DNA of 64,000 bases, taken from assembly GCA_001949185.1 (NCBI GenBank), contig BDGG01000003.1, positions 5,338,079 through 5,402,078 of the forward strand, written 5' to 3'. The notes under the pieces were generated by a model. It saw only the letters and a program-made list of their open reading frames with translations, was not told the DNA's origin and did no database searches. Source of the DNA: Ramazzottius varieornatus. Its lineage: Eukaryota; Animalia; Tardigrada. Below, piece after piece: positions 1 to 12,354 of the stretch. The translations under genes were made by a program, and so were the position numbers. Numbering within the stretch: position 1 is the stretch's first letter; each line of letters starts with the position of its first letter.

Positions 1-354
1 GGAACCTCTGTCCCAAGTTCCGTACGTAATGCTGATAATCGTCCGAGTGAAGGCCATCTTCTGGTTTCAGCATCATAAAGACAATTAGGGCAGGCAACTC
101 ACCTTCCTCACGCTCACTAATTATAAGTTATACGTGGCGAGATTGTAGTTCAACCTTTTCTTCTCGTTTTTGTTCCGCTGCCTGAAGAATCAAATTTCTT
201 TATTAAAGTGAAGCTATCGGCTATAAGACAGCTGCTCTGTACGACTATCTCGAATTTTTTTCCGTTCTCTATGGTATCTTCGTCTTACAGTATACATAGG
301 CCGCAGATATATTTTAGCCAGGTCTTGGGTTGGTCCAGAGTCTTCCAAAAGATT

Positions 355-484
355 GTGCGAGGAGCTGGACCTAATTTTGAACCTAAAACTGGGCCTAAAA
401 CTTTGTACACTACTTGTCGTATGAATTTTACGCTTGTGACGTAGGTGCGACAAAGTGGACAAAGTTAGGTCCAGCTCCTCGTAC
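355..484. mobile_element. Small mariner/Tc1-type MITE
   Basis: About 25-bp terminal inverted repeat: GTGCGAGGAGCTGGACCTAATTTTG (355) vs CAAAGTTAGGTCCAGCTCCTCGTAC (460-484). No coding capacity. Confidence 0.55.
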
Positions 485-949
485 TCGTATTCCAACTTCA
501 AACATCCTTGCATCTTTCGGAAGTTTCAAATATATAAAACGGTCGGCCGATTAGCCAAGAAAGGTTCATGAGGATTAGCTGTTTTTCCTCGGTAGGCTGC
601 GGACTCTGCACCATATTCTGTGAATTTCAGGCAGTGGACAAGAAGGTGATTTGTTGAACTCGGTACCGCCCCTCACTACTCACCAGTTGAAAACTGGCAA
701 AAGTGTCTTTCCCAGCTCATATTCCGAAAGCAAGAAACCCACTGACTGATGTTTTTCAAAACGGTCCCGAATTTGTGATAATTCTACAGTGGCGAACTCG
801 TACGGATGATCCCCGCACTCGATCACAACGTGAGTGGTGGTAGTAAAGTTTGGTCTCAAAGGCTTGCTGCTGCAATATATTAATATTGCTTTGATGAGTT
901 TGAACCTGTAGATCGTTCCAGGTATTGCGATCCGGATATAATTGGTGCA

Positions 950-1846
950 CCATGGTGCTGTATTTAGTTTCAGTCTCGCAATTAGTTTCAGTTTTCATCG
1001 GACTATAATCAATCTGGACTCACGGTATATCAGCCTCGGTGGACTTAGCTGCGTTGAAAAAACAACAAGAACGATATTTTTCAGTCTTATAAGATATCAT
1101 TTTCAGTCTGGACAAACACAACTCAGTGTCTAAAATTTGAGTTCCAGTCCCGAGACAGAAACTAGATCTTGAACCATATTAGTGTCAGTCCCCGAAATTT
1201 AGTCTTTAGATCAGTCTCTGGAAACTTCGTTCTCCCATATGGCAAACGTGGGGAAACCTTCTGGATGACTATGGGGGAAGACAAGGTAGGAATGTGGGTA
1301 CCTGCATACGAGAATGCGTCCGAAGGCTGTTTGACCAAATTGTCCAGGAAGCCCGTCTGAAATTTCAGCACCCTGACGGAGTTTCCAAACGTTTCCCAGT
1401 ATACCCTGAAGAACACGATTCTAAAGACCGAGTCAGTTGATATTTCCGCGAACTCCTCCCTCGTACATTTTTTACTCCTACTACTATCAACATCGAAACA
1501 TGATCTACTTCGCTGTACCTCATCCTTCCACTTCTTCCCCCCCCCATGTTTTCATAAGAAAGGAGATGTAAATCATGTGAAGTCACTGCGGCACCGTTCC
1601 GTCAAACGGTACTTAATATCGTTCCAGTCTTTGTCCTCGTCTAAACCAGTTCTCGTCCCAGGCATTTTGATTTCAGGCGATCCTAGCCTTTTTATTTCAG
1701 TCCGTGGGTCGTCAGTTTCGGTCCCTCAGTTTTAGTTGCAGTTTCTCGTATATTCGTTTTAGTCCCACAAATGTCCAGTTTCAGTCCCTGTGCTGTCAGT
1801 TTAGCCTCTGCCATTTCAGTTTCAGTCCGACTAACTGAAGCGCTGA
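950..1846. repeat. Degenerate interspersed repeat rich in TTTCAGTC/TTTAGT motifs (probable non-autonomous DNA transposon)
   Basis: Many copies of (T)TTCAGTC/TTTCAGTT clustered at 960-1220 and 1620-1845. Termini are only weakly complementary. Confidence 0.3.
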
Positions 1847-2570
1847 TTTAGTTTAATAATGACTTGAGGTGAAAAGAGTGAAAAGAGAAAACAATTTATA
1901 AATTTCCACCGTTTTTCACCGTTTCATTGTTCACCGCGGGGAAAAACGGTAAAAATAACAGAAAATGGTACAAAATTTTCAAGACGTCAAACTAGAGTTC
2001 TTGGAGCGTCCTGGGTTACTTTGAACGAGGCTCTGTCGGATCATTTCGGAACCAGACGACTAGCTAGTGTCCAGACCACGAATTGGCTATAACTAGAACT
2101 GACCTTCACGGTCACTACCAACTTGGTTATCATCGAAATCTAAACGGAAGTTATAAGATGCACTGAGTACAATTTAGTTTGAAGTTGCTCCTGCCATATT
2201 AAAATCTTTTTCTTCTGACGCCTACAATCTTTTGACTGTCGTATTCCAAGATGAGTAATAAAAAACAATCCACAAATGATGAAACTGTGCCGTATGGCGT
2301 GTGGCGTGTGGCGTGTGGCGGAACATGGTAAATTGGCTCCCGTGACAAGCTTTGGGATGTCCACGTATCCCAGCTGGACCTCTCTTGAGAGAGTCTTAGC
2401 GGTCACATTAAGCACAATACGACAGTCAGAGCAACACGATCCAAGCTTTGCGAGTATTTTGGATTTTTAAAGGTCCGCCACGAACTGGACACGCTCTTCA
2501 TTGCCAGACATTTTCCGTGTCTAGTTAGAATTATGAAATACCACCAGTTACGGTAAAAGATATATTTCAG

Positions 2571-3861
2571 CAGTGCCGGCCGTGCCATCAGACTTCTCGG
2601 TGTGACCTTAACCCTAATGTGTTTGTTTTCGTCACAAATGAAAATTTTGGGGGAACCGGAAGGGGAGTTACTGTTTTCACTCCCGGAAGCGGGAGAAACG
2701 TACAATTCTAATCGTAGGAATTAAGGCTCAAAACTAAAACCAAACCATGCAAGTGAGAACATAGGATACTGTAGACATTAAGTTCCAACCTCCAGGTTTG
2801 AAATCTTCTGTTGGGTATATCCGTCAACTGCACTCCATATCTGTATTGTTTTGTGTCAATATCTTTATGCGGTACACTTAGCTCATCTCTTGAAAGCATG
2901 ATGTGGCCATAATCTCGCCTAGAACAAACAGCTTCGTTTAAATCTACAGCTAACCTAAGTCATATGTCAAATGGTGGTCCTGGTTTACAAGCCAAGCGCG
3001 GATTAACGGGAAGAAATATTAACAACACATTCTTCTTTGTCACTTTTGAGACTGCTGGGTATCTGGTGGATGCTGGCCACAAATCAGTCAAATAAGATGT
3101 GCATGATGATGTCTTTATCTGAAGACAATAGTCTTATCTCAAAAAGCGAGAAGGCAGCGACGCAAAACAACAAACAAGGGTTACACGGCTTCCCTCTTTT
3201 CAACATCTAAAACATAAAAAACCTTGTCTAGACCTCGTGTATCTTTCATAGTACTGAGAACCGAATAAAAATTGCCGCGAAGGATATCTATCGACAGCCG
3301 CTGCTTAGAAAACTGAAAAGATCTAGATTCTCCAGTTGTTTCTGCCATCTTTCTTCCGACCGCCTCAAACAGCACCGTTGCACAGGGTCCCCATGGTCCG
3401 AGGGTCTGACTTGTTACAATCTTAAAGGCAAGTATAATTAGTTCCGGTTGACCTTGATTTATTACCATGATTAGAATAATATTCAGTAACATAAATCAAC
3501 ATTATTTATCATACAGTATACTCTGTGGCGATCTCCGTGCGTCATTCAACTCATTTTCCCATCTCTGGGTAAGAGTGAGCGTGCGACTCGTTACATTAGC
3601 TACGCTCATTGACGACATAATGCAACCAGCAGTCAGCTGATTCAGGCCGTGTAGACCGTTTCCTCAGCTGTCTCGTGACTCCCGTTTCCGCCTACTCCTT
3701 GTTCTCCCTTTTTGGTATTTCTAGACATGTTTTACTTTTCCCCGCTTCCGGGTGTGAGAACAGCAACTGCCCTTCCGGTTCCCCCAAAATTTTCATTTGT
3801 GACGTAAAAAAACATTAGGGTCAAGGGCACACAGAGAAGTCAGATAGCGCGGCCGGCACTG
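2571..3861. mobile_element. Non-autonomous hAT element with 8-bp TSD
   Basis: Termini CAGTGCCGGCC...GGCCGGCACTG. About 130-bp imperfect inverted arms (2571-2700 vs 3730-3861). Perfect 8-bp TSD TATTTCAG at 2563-2570 and 3862-3869. Confidence 0.9.
3103..3410 (-). mobile_element. 5'-truncated non-LTR retrotransposon fragment (CRE-like, restriction-like endonuclease C-terminus)
   Basis: TLGPWGPCATVLFEAVGRKMAETTGESRSFQFSKQRLSIDILRGN resembles the C-terminus of CRE-clade elements. It is followed on the minus strand by ATAAAG and a short (CAT)n tail near 3103-3118. Confidence 0.7.
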
Positions 3862-3899
3862 TATTTCAGTATTGTACTGTACATTCCCATTTCAGTGTG

Positions 3900-6800
3900 A
3901 TGCCCGCTATTTATTCACCACAGAGTCTGCCGAGCGAGGAGCCAAAATTACATAACACATGTAAATTTACCATTGGCGTACTTTACTCTAAACGAACACG
4001 GACGCAAGTGTCGGCATTGAGAAGGCGTCCACTGGTAAATTAAAACTGTTACCGGTCGCAAGGTTTGCTGACCCTATATTTAAGCCAGAGCGACACCCCC
4101 AACACCGACACGGGCGATGGTCACCCCAAGCACAACCACAGCGCGAGAAACCACATTGATATTAGGAAGCTCTTTACAAAGTTTGACGAATGTACCGCGC
4201 GTAAGCATTGCTCCTCCATCGACCGGCTAACGTGATGTGGTCAATCGGTATGCCAGATGCACAGGACGACGTTGCTGCGCCTATGCGAAAACTGTGCGAC
4301 GGAAAATTCGACCCAAGAAACCGTATTAGCCAAAAGTTTAGATGCTGTCGAGTAAAAAATTTTCCCGATTCAAAGATTCCCGATTCAAAAATAAAGCAAG
4401 ATGAATCGGGAAAATTGGAATGTTTTCCAATTTTCTAGAAATGACATATTTTGAGAAAGAACGAACGGGCCAAGAAGAAGGGCCAGTGGCAGCTAACTTG
4501 CCTATACAGGAAATCCAGTACAGTTGGTTTTGTCCTGCTTGATGCAAAGGCGGAGATAGCCGGAGGAGATCCAAATATCCGACAAGGATAGGGGGTGAGT
4601 GAGGCAGCTTTGGGAATAGCTTGTGTACTCCGACACACGCAAGTAACCAAAAAAGGCTAAGTTGAATGCTGACCAGAGCATGATGTTGTCGTATTTGTCC
4701 AGTTTTCTCTCGCTTTCGAGCCAGGCGATAGGTGGATTAAGAGTCAGTACCCGGTCTGGCCACCTGTATTGGAACCACTGGTTACCGCAAATCGCACCAC
4801 ACCATATCGAACCCGCTGCATCAGTGAACAAAGACAACCGAGACGCAGGGGTCCACGTTCGAGAAACGAAGCTGCACCATTCCAAAGTGGCAGAAACTGC
4901 TTCCACCATTCCAAGTCTGCCTTGAACCCTTGGTTGAGATGAATGGTATGGTCTAAACTTCGGAATTTGTGGGCTAAACCAAGCATCCGACGCAGAAGTA
5001 TCCGCCCCGCGGGTATGCATTTCGTGATTGAACTGATTTTCCCCATCAAACTCAAAAGTTGACGCTTGGTTGCCCTTGGTCGATGGTCACAAAGTGAAAA
5101 TTTTATCTTTAGTCCGTCTATTTTCTGCTGAGGCACATGTAACGTTTGTTTGACACTGTCAATCCCCACTCCAAGAAAAGTTAAGCTGGTTGAAGGACCC
5201 TCTGTCTTCTCGTCGGCTAACAGTACCCAAGGTCTTCGCACAGTTGCTTCATGTATAACATGGCTTGGTGACACTTCTCTTCCGAATCACAGACGACAAA
5301 GAAATCGTCCATGTAGTGCACCCAGTCAACTATCGGACCGTTGTGTATCAGCAGCCATTTGACGAACTCTGACAGACGGTTGAAGATCGCTGGTGACGAT
5401 CGTAACCCGTTGTCAAAGAAATATCCAGTCCAGCCAATAGGTTCCAGTCCTCTTTGCGAACTGGAATTGGCCTGAACGTACTTTTAACATCCATCTTAGC
5501 TATGAAAGCTCCTTTCCCACTCTTGCTAACTAGCGCTACTGCTTCATCAATATTAGAGAATTTCGATGTAAACGCGTCTGCTGAAATATGGTCATTAACC
5601 GAATTTCCGAAGGGACGAGAAAGATCCATAATCAAACGAGCGCCGCCCATTTTCTTTGGTCTAACACCAAGCGAAGACAAGACGAAGTTTGGTAAGATGG
5701 GAGTGGGAAAAGGACCCGCTGTGTGCTTGGCCTCGATTTCTTTCATGATGTACTTGGCTATTACATCCGGATGATGGTCCGCGGTTTTAGCATTGTTTGT
5801 GAAACGTGCTAAAGCCGGGCCAAGATAGCCAATGCTAAACCCGTTTGTCAAGCCATTACAGAAGTGTTGAACTGCATGTTTATCGGGATAGTGTTGTAGA
5901 AGAAAGGAGAAACGTTGAGGTTTGAGAGGTGTGGAACTACTGGCCGGGATCAGGGTCAACACCCGTATTGTGAAAGGCTGCTCTATGCTCTCTGAAAAAA
6001 ACATACATCGCAGAGATGCAACCGACCATCGAGACACCCCGGGATTTCACAATAACCAAGATTATAAGCCTGACAGATTTCAGCGCTGGGCGATGTACCT
6101 CAATACTGCTTTTTGGTTTCGTAACTAACAGAAACAGGCTTCTGAGGGTTCGACCATCCGAAAGGAGCTTGTGGGAAACCGAATCCCGTTCCTTGGCTAC
6201 TACTACCCGCTGTAACGCTAAACGGTGACGCTTGGTAGCCATAGCCACGATCCGGATATGGGTAGCGAGGGACGAATGGCTGTTGGAATGGAAAAGGATC
6301 CCTGGGTAGCAACCGTCTCGGGCAAGCGGGCAGAAGATGGTTGGTGTCGCCGCATCCGTAGCAAGCACGCATTGGGCGACCGGAAATGGTAGCAGAGGTC
6401 GTAGTGGTGGAAGGACCCTGGTTACTGTTGCCTTGTCCGGTTGAAGAACCTTGAGATGCCTGTGGGTAGTCAAGCAAAACGTCAACCATAGGACGATGTC
6501 ATGATGCAGCCAGTCCGAAGGGTTAGTTCCCGGCTGAGTCATATTTAGGCGGAATTGGATATCATAAGCTTGCCAGGTAGCTAAGGGAAACTGTTTGGAC
6601 AGCTTTCGGATCACATTGATGTATCCAACCATTGGAGAATTCCGGGGCGTAGTAGCCACGAAAACGGGAGAACAGAGAGAACGCTTCCAACCAATCGTCA
6701 AAAGATCGAATACGACGCTTTTCTGAACCTTCAGCTCCGCGACCGCGACCCGTTGAAGTTGCGGGTCGTTCGATTTCACTGAACTTGGCCCGGTTTTGAG

Positions 6801-7600
6801 GCAGGCAATTCTCCAGGTCGACATACTCACAAGGGTTCTGTAACTTGGCCAAAAGTGCGGGCTCGAGAACGGCCAGGTGAAGGTCAGCTGGAGGAAGAGG
6901 TAGGACCTGAGCGGGCTTGGAGCTAGATGCGATGACGGGCGCGGAAGATGGTGCATCGACAGTTGAATCTTCGAGCACAGTGACGGATGGTGCGCGTGTT
7001 GATCCGAGCAGAATAGGCTTAGATAATACGGCGGTTATTGTTGTTGACGTGGAAACAGGTGCACGAAGAGAGTTGGAGACCTCAACACGGAGTTGGCGAA
7101 CTTCGTTTTGGAGTGCACACCAGTCCTCGGACGATGGTTGGAGATTGCTGGAGCTGGCGGACACCGAGTCCATAAGAGCCCGTGCCACTCGTGGGGCGTT
7201 TGAGCCTGTGTTGGACCTCCGGAAGCGTTGACGAGCCGGAGCCGGAGCCTTCGCCTTAGCGCGCGTCTTGCGTTTGCGACGTGAAGAAACCGTAGGGACT
7301 AGAGGATCAGGTTAGTCATCAGCCGTAGGTCGGTGAATCCTGGTTCGGCGAACTACAGGCTCTGTGTCAGAGTCTGAAGAAAGCCAGGCCATGCCGACGT
7401 TCATGTATCAAAACTGGACACAAGTATCCAAACACAGATATTGAGAACCAAAGTACCAAAGACCAAATTGATGACAAAATGCGACCGAACACAAGTATTC
7501 AAACTGCCGACTGACATTCGTGAACTGACAACGTGAATTCCCAAGCAACTACACCAAAACTACAACGCCACTACCACTCGAAGAAATCGTTGAAGTACGT
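3900..7600 (-). mobile_element. Decayed tyrosine-recombinase retrotransposon (DIRS order; Ngaro/PAT-like): gag, RT, RNase H, YR
   Basis: Gag-like ORF about 7404-6100 with CCHC knuckle CYGCGDTNHLLPAC. RT motifs RLIMDLS, KMDVKSTFR and HYMDD (~5302-5316). RNase H FTDAAG. YR motifs AFFGYLRVSEY, HSFRIGAAT and GRWRSNAY (~4200-4300). Frameshifts, stops and an internal deletion. Ends approximate. Confidence 0.9.
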
Positions 7601-7884
7601 ACCGGTGCGCCAATGTACGTTTAGCGCTAAAGTCGCTAACGAACTTTTTACACCTCAGATCCTTCTCCTTTGATCAAAACTAGGACCCCACAGTGAAATT
7701 CGTCTAACCAAACATTTTCGCCGCTCTTTCATTGTGTTCACCGTTTCTCACCTCGGTGGAAAATGGACTATCAAACGGTGAAGATTTATATTTTTTTCAC
7801 CCTAACAACTAAAAAACATCAGTTTTTAAATCGGTTTCAGATTTCATCCCATTATGTCGTCTCATTATGTCATCTCATCATATC

Positions 7885-7922
7885 GTCTCAGATTTCGTCT
7901 CATCAATGAGACGAAATCTGAA
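7885..7922. repeat. Hairpin within short tandem (CGTCTCAT-like) repeats
   Basis: CAGATTTCGTCTCAT-CA-ATGAGACGAAATCTG, preceded by degenerate copies of the same motif. Probable MITE remnant. Confidence 0.45.
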
Positions 7923-9570
7923 ACTGTTCTAGAAACTGGTTTTTCAGCATCACACTGAAACCAGGTACAACACTGGTGTGCGACTGCAGAGAGTTTCAAA
8001 TATCCGATCCGACTGTACATTGGATTTCTGAGTGCGTTTTTCGAGAGAGTGCTAAAAAGCATTCGCAACTTCCCCATGAAAAGAAACTAGATTCGGATTA
8101 GACCGCACTAGGAGATCCTGGTGTCAGTAGCTGTATATGATGTTAGTCTCCTAAATTGCTCATTTGTGCGCTCCATGCGTGCAACTCCATTCTGACTAAT
8201 TAGTCAATCTACAGTCCATCCAGAGATGGTTACTTGAATGACTAAAATTTGGATCAACTTTTTCTTTTGCTTGGTTAGTAGATTTTCTTGACATTGTATC
8301 GATCTGACTGATTGATGGTTTGATTGACTTCCATCAGTTTTTGATGATTCGCTCCACGCACATTGATGATCAGATTCACCCGGATTGATGACTGGGACAA
8401 CCGACTCGGTTCGCTCTTTCGTCGAAAGGCCTTCGTCCAAGTCGGTGGCCGACTGACAAGCTGTTATGTCAAGTGGCGGTCTAACATGACAGTCTGACAG
8501 TTGACCACGCTATGTCAGATCACTTCCCGACATGCTTGGTGTGCGCCACTTAGACAGGGCTTCCAACCACCTTTCCCGAAACCACAACCCATCCGCTATA
8601 CGCTCGTTAGAAAGATTGCTCGATTCGTTCTAATGTCAACTTTTCAACTAAAAGCAGAAGTACTCAGTCATGAAAGAAAACAGTTTTTCATATTCGCTAA
8701 GGAAAAGCCCATTGGCCTTTGTCGCAAATACTAGTATTCGGTTCAGTGCGCCTAGAGAGCACTCTCGACTCTCGGACCAAGGTACAGTATTTTGTTGAGG
8801 AAGCCAAGCTGGCTGGAAAATGAGCTTTTTATATTCTAGCTGTTCATCTTGATCAGTCAAATGAGTGTATAAATTTTGAAACTGGAGAGTGCGACCGAAA
8901 GCCAGACAGTACCTTTGCCACTTTTTACAGCCGCGTGGTGTTGAGTTTCTCTGGTTGATGATAGTTCTCGGTTAGAAGATCACAAGTTGAGCTCTGCTTG
9001 CCGTCACGGCAGTTTGCAGCATCCAGACTTCCAGCGTTTATTAAGAAGCAGCAGAATTCCCGTCGCAGTCTAGTCAGGTGCTTGCCAGGCGCTCCCTACA
9101 TGTCCTACAGCGCTTAAAGAATGGCAGCGCCACGAAACATCGAGAGTCGAGATAGGGATCAAGGACAGCAAGCTAACGTGGAGGGAGGTGGTCGGTTGCC
9201 ATAACCAATGGGAACTGACGAAACTCCATCGTCTAGAAATTCACACGCCCAAAGTTTTGCGCGTGCATCAGCCACCTAGGTACAAGCGAACGGCATGCGC
9301 TAAGTCACGTGTGCACCGGTTGAGAAAAGTGTATTGTGGGTACCTAGCCGGCCCGAACGGAAGTAGGGAGTACACTTCGCTCGATACTTTGCTAGGTCCT
9401 TTTCTTTCTTGGGTCGTGTGAAAACACTCATAGATATGAAAACCCGAATGAAATCAATATATAAAGGGGGAAAGCCACCATCACATAAAGCGATGCGTGT
9501 CAGATTTTGTGATCTGTCGGATGTTTTTTCACAGTGCAGACGGGGGAGTGCGACAAACGTTTTGTAAATT

Positions 9571-12354
9571 ATGCCCCGATTACTAGTCAGCGATTTTCAT
9601 CACCTACTAATACTTCTGTGTATACTTTCTATTTCACATAGCCCGAGGTCCTTTGCTCAAAGCCTCCTTAGTCCTCTTCGTGTCGAACTGATTCTGCCCA
9701 CTACCGTGCACGCCAAATATCCCGCTAACATTTGTGAAATTGGGTCAGCTATCAACTGGGCGGTTGGACATGCGAACGCGAAGTACTCGCAGGAACTCGA
9801 TTTGACCTTCAAATACCTGGAGCAGCGTGATGTCAAAAGCTGTGAGGATTTGACTAGTGATATGAGCATTATGCTATCCCGCTATTACTACAGTCCGAAC
9901 CGAGAGAAGAAAATTGCAGTTTTCGGACCGTTCGACGGTATGTACCGTAGAATCAGAATCAATCCGCACAAACCAAAGCGACAAAAGAGCCTGTGCGCGG
10001 TCACGGGCAATATTACACAATTTATTATTCTTCTACAGGATGTACGGAAGGTCTAAGCTTGATGCAAATGTCGGCGGGTAAGAAAACTACGTTGACATGA
10101 GAGCATGCAGAGGACCTGTGCACACTATGTGGTCTGTTTATTGTAGGTTGGAACAGTTTGGCGATATTAGGGTAGGTACGAGTCGAAAAAAAGGATAGAC
10201 TGATGGACCGAAGTGGGTATAGTAATCAGCCGTGTTACAGAGCGGCAACAATGGACAAGTCAATGTCAATTCAATACTCAAACTTCATCCTGACCAGCGG
10301 GCTCGACGTGGTCAGCCTGACAACACACTTTATCGTGGCCCTGCGAACATACCAATGGACAACCTGCTTCCTCGTCCTGGATGCCGGCGACACCACGAAG
10401 TCGACGGGGGGTGGCAGTGGTCTAGCAACGGTAGTGGCCGGTGTCCATGCGATGGGTCAGGCTATCGGAGGCAATGTCCTGCTTAGATTTATAAATTCAA
10501 GTCAGTCCCAAGAGGAATTCGGACACAGCACCCGGTTACTGCTCAAAGAAGTGCAGTCTACTGCTCGTGGTATGTAACTGTTCACCACTTTACTGCATTT
10601 ATGTAAATTACAGGCCTACGCAGTTCGTTTTGTAGTTCTCTCACTTGGTATCCGACCGGAATCTCTCAGGCGTTTCATGGTAATAGCTTTAGTGCTCTTT
10701 CCTTGTGCGCCAATGCTGTCAAAGCCTAAACTTTTTGACGAATAGTCTTTGCAGATCGCGGCCTTTTCGGCAAATATGACCAACGGCGACTACGTAATTA
10801 TTCAGAACTTTAAACGAGCCTGTCATGCTTAAGACTTAATTTGATCGTGACTGGTGGTGTGGTGGCAGGTTTTCTTTGGTCTTAACCTCGGTACGGAAGG
10901 GTCGGACTGGGGATTCGTACAATGGCAAAAAGGCGACGAAGACGATGAGGTACTTGCAATTGTGGTGAACCAGTAGCGAAATCTCAGTGCGTTCCATGTA
11001 TGGCCCTCAAAGGGTAACCTGATCCGTTAACGTGTTTACAAGTTGACTGGATCCGGTCTAGATTCGGCTGGTAACGGATATGACTGATTACAGATGGTGT
11101 TCCGCGCCTACCGTTCTTTGTTGTTACAATCACCCCTCATTCCGGGACAAAATGACGACACAAAAAGGTTCCTGGCTGATTTGAAAGAGCGGGCCTTGAA
11201 GGACACGCCGCCGGAGTGCAACAGGACAACCTTCACTGGACAGGTGAGTTATCTCAATTACCCATTTCCGCATGTAGCCGTAAAAGAACTCACATTTTAT
11301 TGCAATGTAAGTGTCATTATCGGTTGATAAGGACCTCTGGATTTTAGGGCTACGCCTTTTCTGTGTCCGCTTACATCGCCACCAATATCCTTGCTCAAGT
11401 AGATATCACGACACTTTCCCTTGTTTGCCTGTACAAGTCATCTAATGAAAACCGTTCCTCTTGTATAGGTCCTATCCCAGATCATGAATTCCAAATCGTC
11501 AGCAGCTGTAGAAAGGCTTCAAACGCTGGGGTCTTCCCCGTTGGTTGAGTACTTTCGAAATCGAAGCTTTCAAACACCGGCTGGTACGGTCTACTTTGAC
11601 CAAACGGGAGCGCGACGCAGCCCAATGAGCATTAGTCAGTACGACCCTATGACGCGTCAGTTGACAGTATGAAATTGACCTTTTGCTGCCTTTCCCAGTC
11701 ATCTATGCAGTATAATAACAGTGAGGGTTTCATAATTAATAGGTCATATGGACAGCGAGCCCGCTGAAATTTGGCATGGAGCAAGTGCATGAACCCATGT
11801 GGCTGTTGGGGCACGCCCCACCCAACGCACCACCCTGCGGATTTAATGGAGAACTCTGCCAAGAACAAAGCAGTAAGTACAGTAAGGTCTCCCACCCATC
11901 TATTACCTCAGGCACTCAAGCTTCTCCACACCACCGCCAACATATTTGTACAAGCTTGAGTACGCGTGCGTGACGTAGTATGTACTTGTGGGGGACCGTA
12001 GTATACATACCTGTTGGGTTATAACCTTACGTGGATGGGTTCCGGGAGATGGCGTCCCGCCTGAAAGAATGGCGAGTCAGTCGGTCCCTACATATGTTAT
12101 AGGTGGAACGATGGTTCGTATTGGATCATCGGTAGCTGCGGCTGTGATACTACTGATAGGCGCAGCAACTGCACTGGAATGGAGAAGGTAAGCGTAAGTT
12201 GCATCCTGCGCTCGTTAGGCCTGCTATACAAGGATGACCACGTCAACAAGTACGAGGCTAATTTTGGCTTCCCAGGAAACGTTATCGGGACGTCTTTCTG
12301 AGTTTTCTGCTGGAACAGCCACTTGGTGAACATAGATCGAAGCTACCGTCATAA
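9571..12354 (+). CDS. Multi-exon ANF-receptor / receptor-guanylyl-cyclase-like ectodomain + TM protein with short cytoplasmic tail
   Basis: Signal peptide. Spliced GPFDGCTEGLSLMQMSAGWN (exons 9571-9937, 10039-10077, 10147-). Motifs YQWTTCFLVLD, MTNGDY, TPAGTVYFDQTGARR and juxtamembrane WLLGHAPPNAPPCGFNGELC. TM at 12103-12187. Likely last exon 12276-12354. No kinase-homology or cyclase exons seen. Confidence 0.75.

Noticed and set aside
12188-12301. Alternative last exon of the receptor gene using the AG at 12218
   Set aside because: It would need a 31-nt intron, shorter than others here. The acceptor at 12275 has a better pyrimidine tract.
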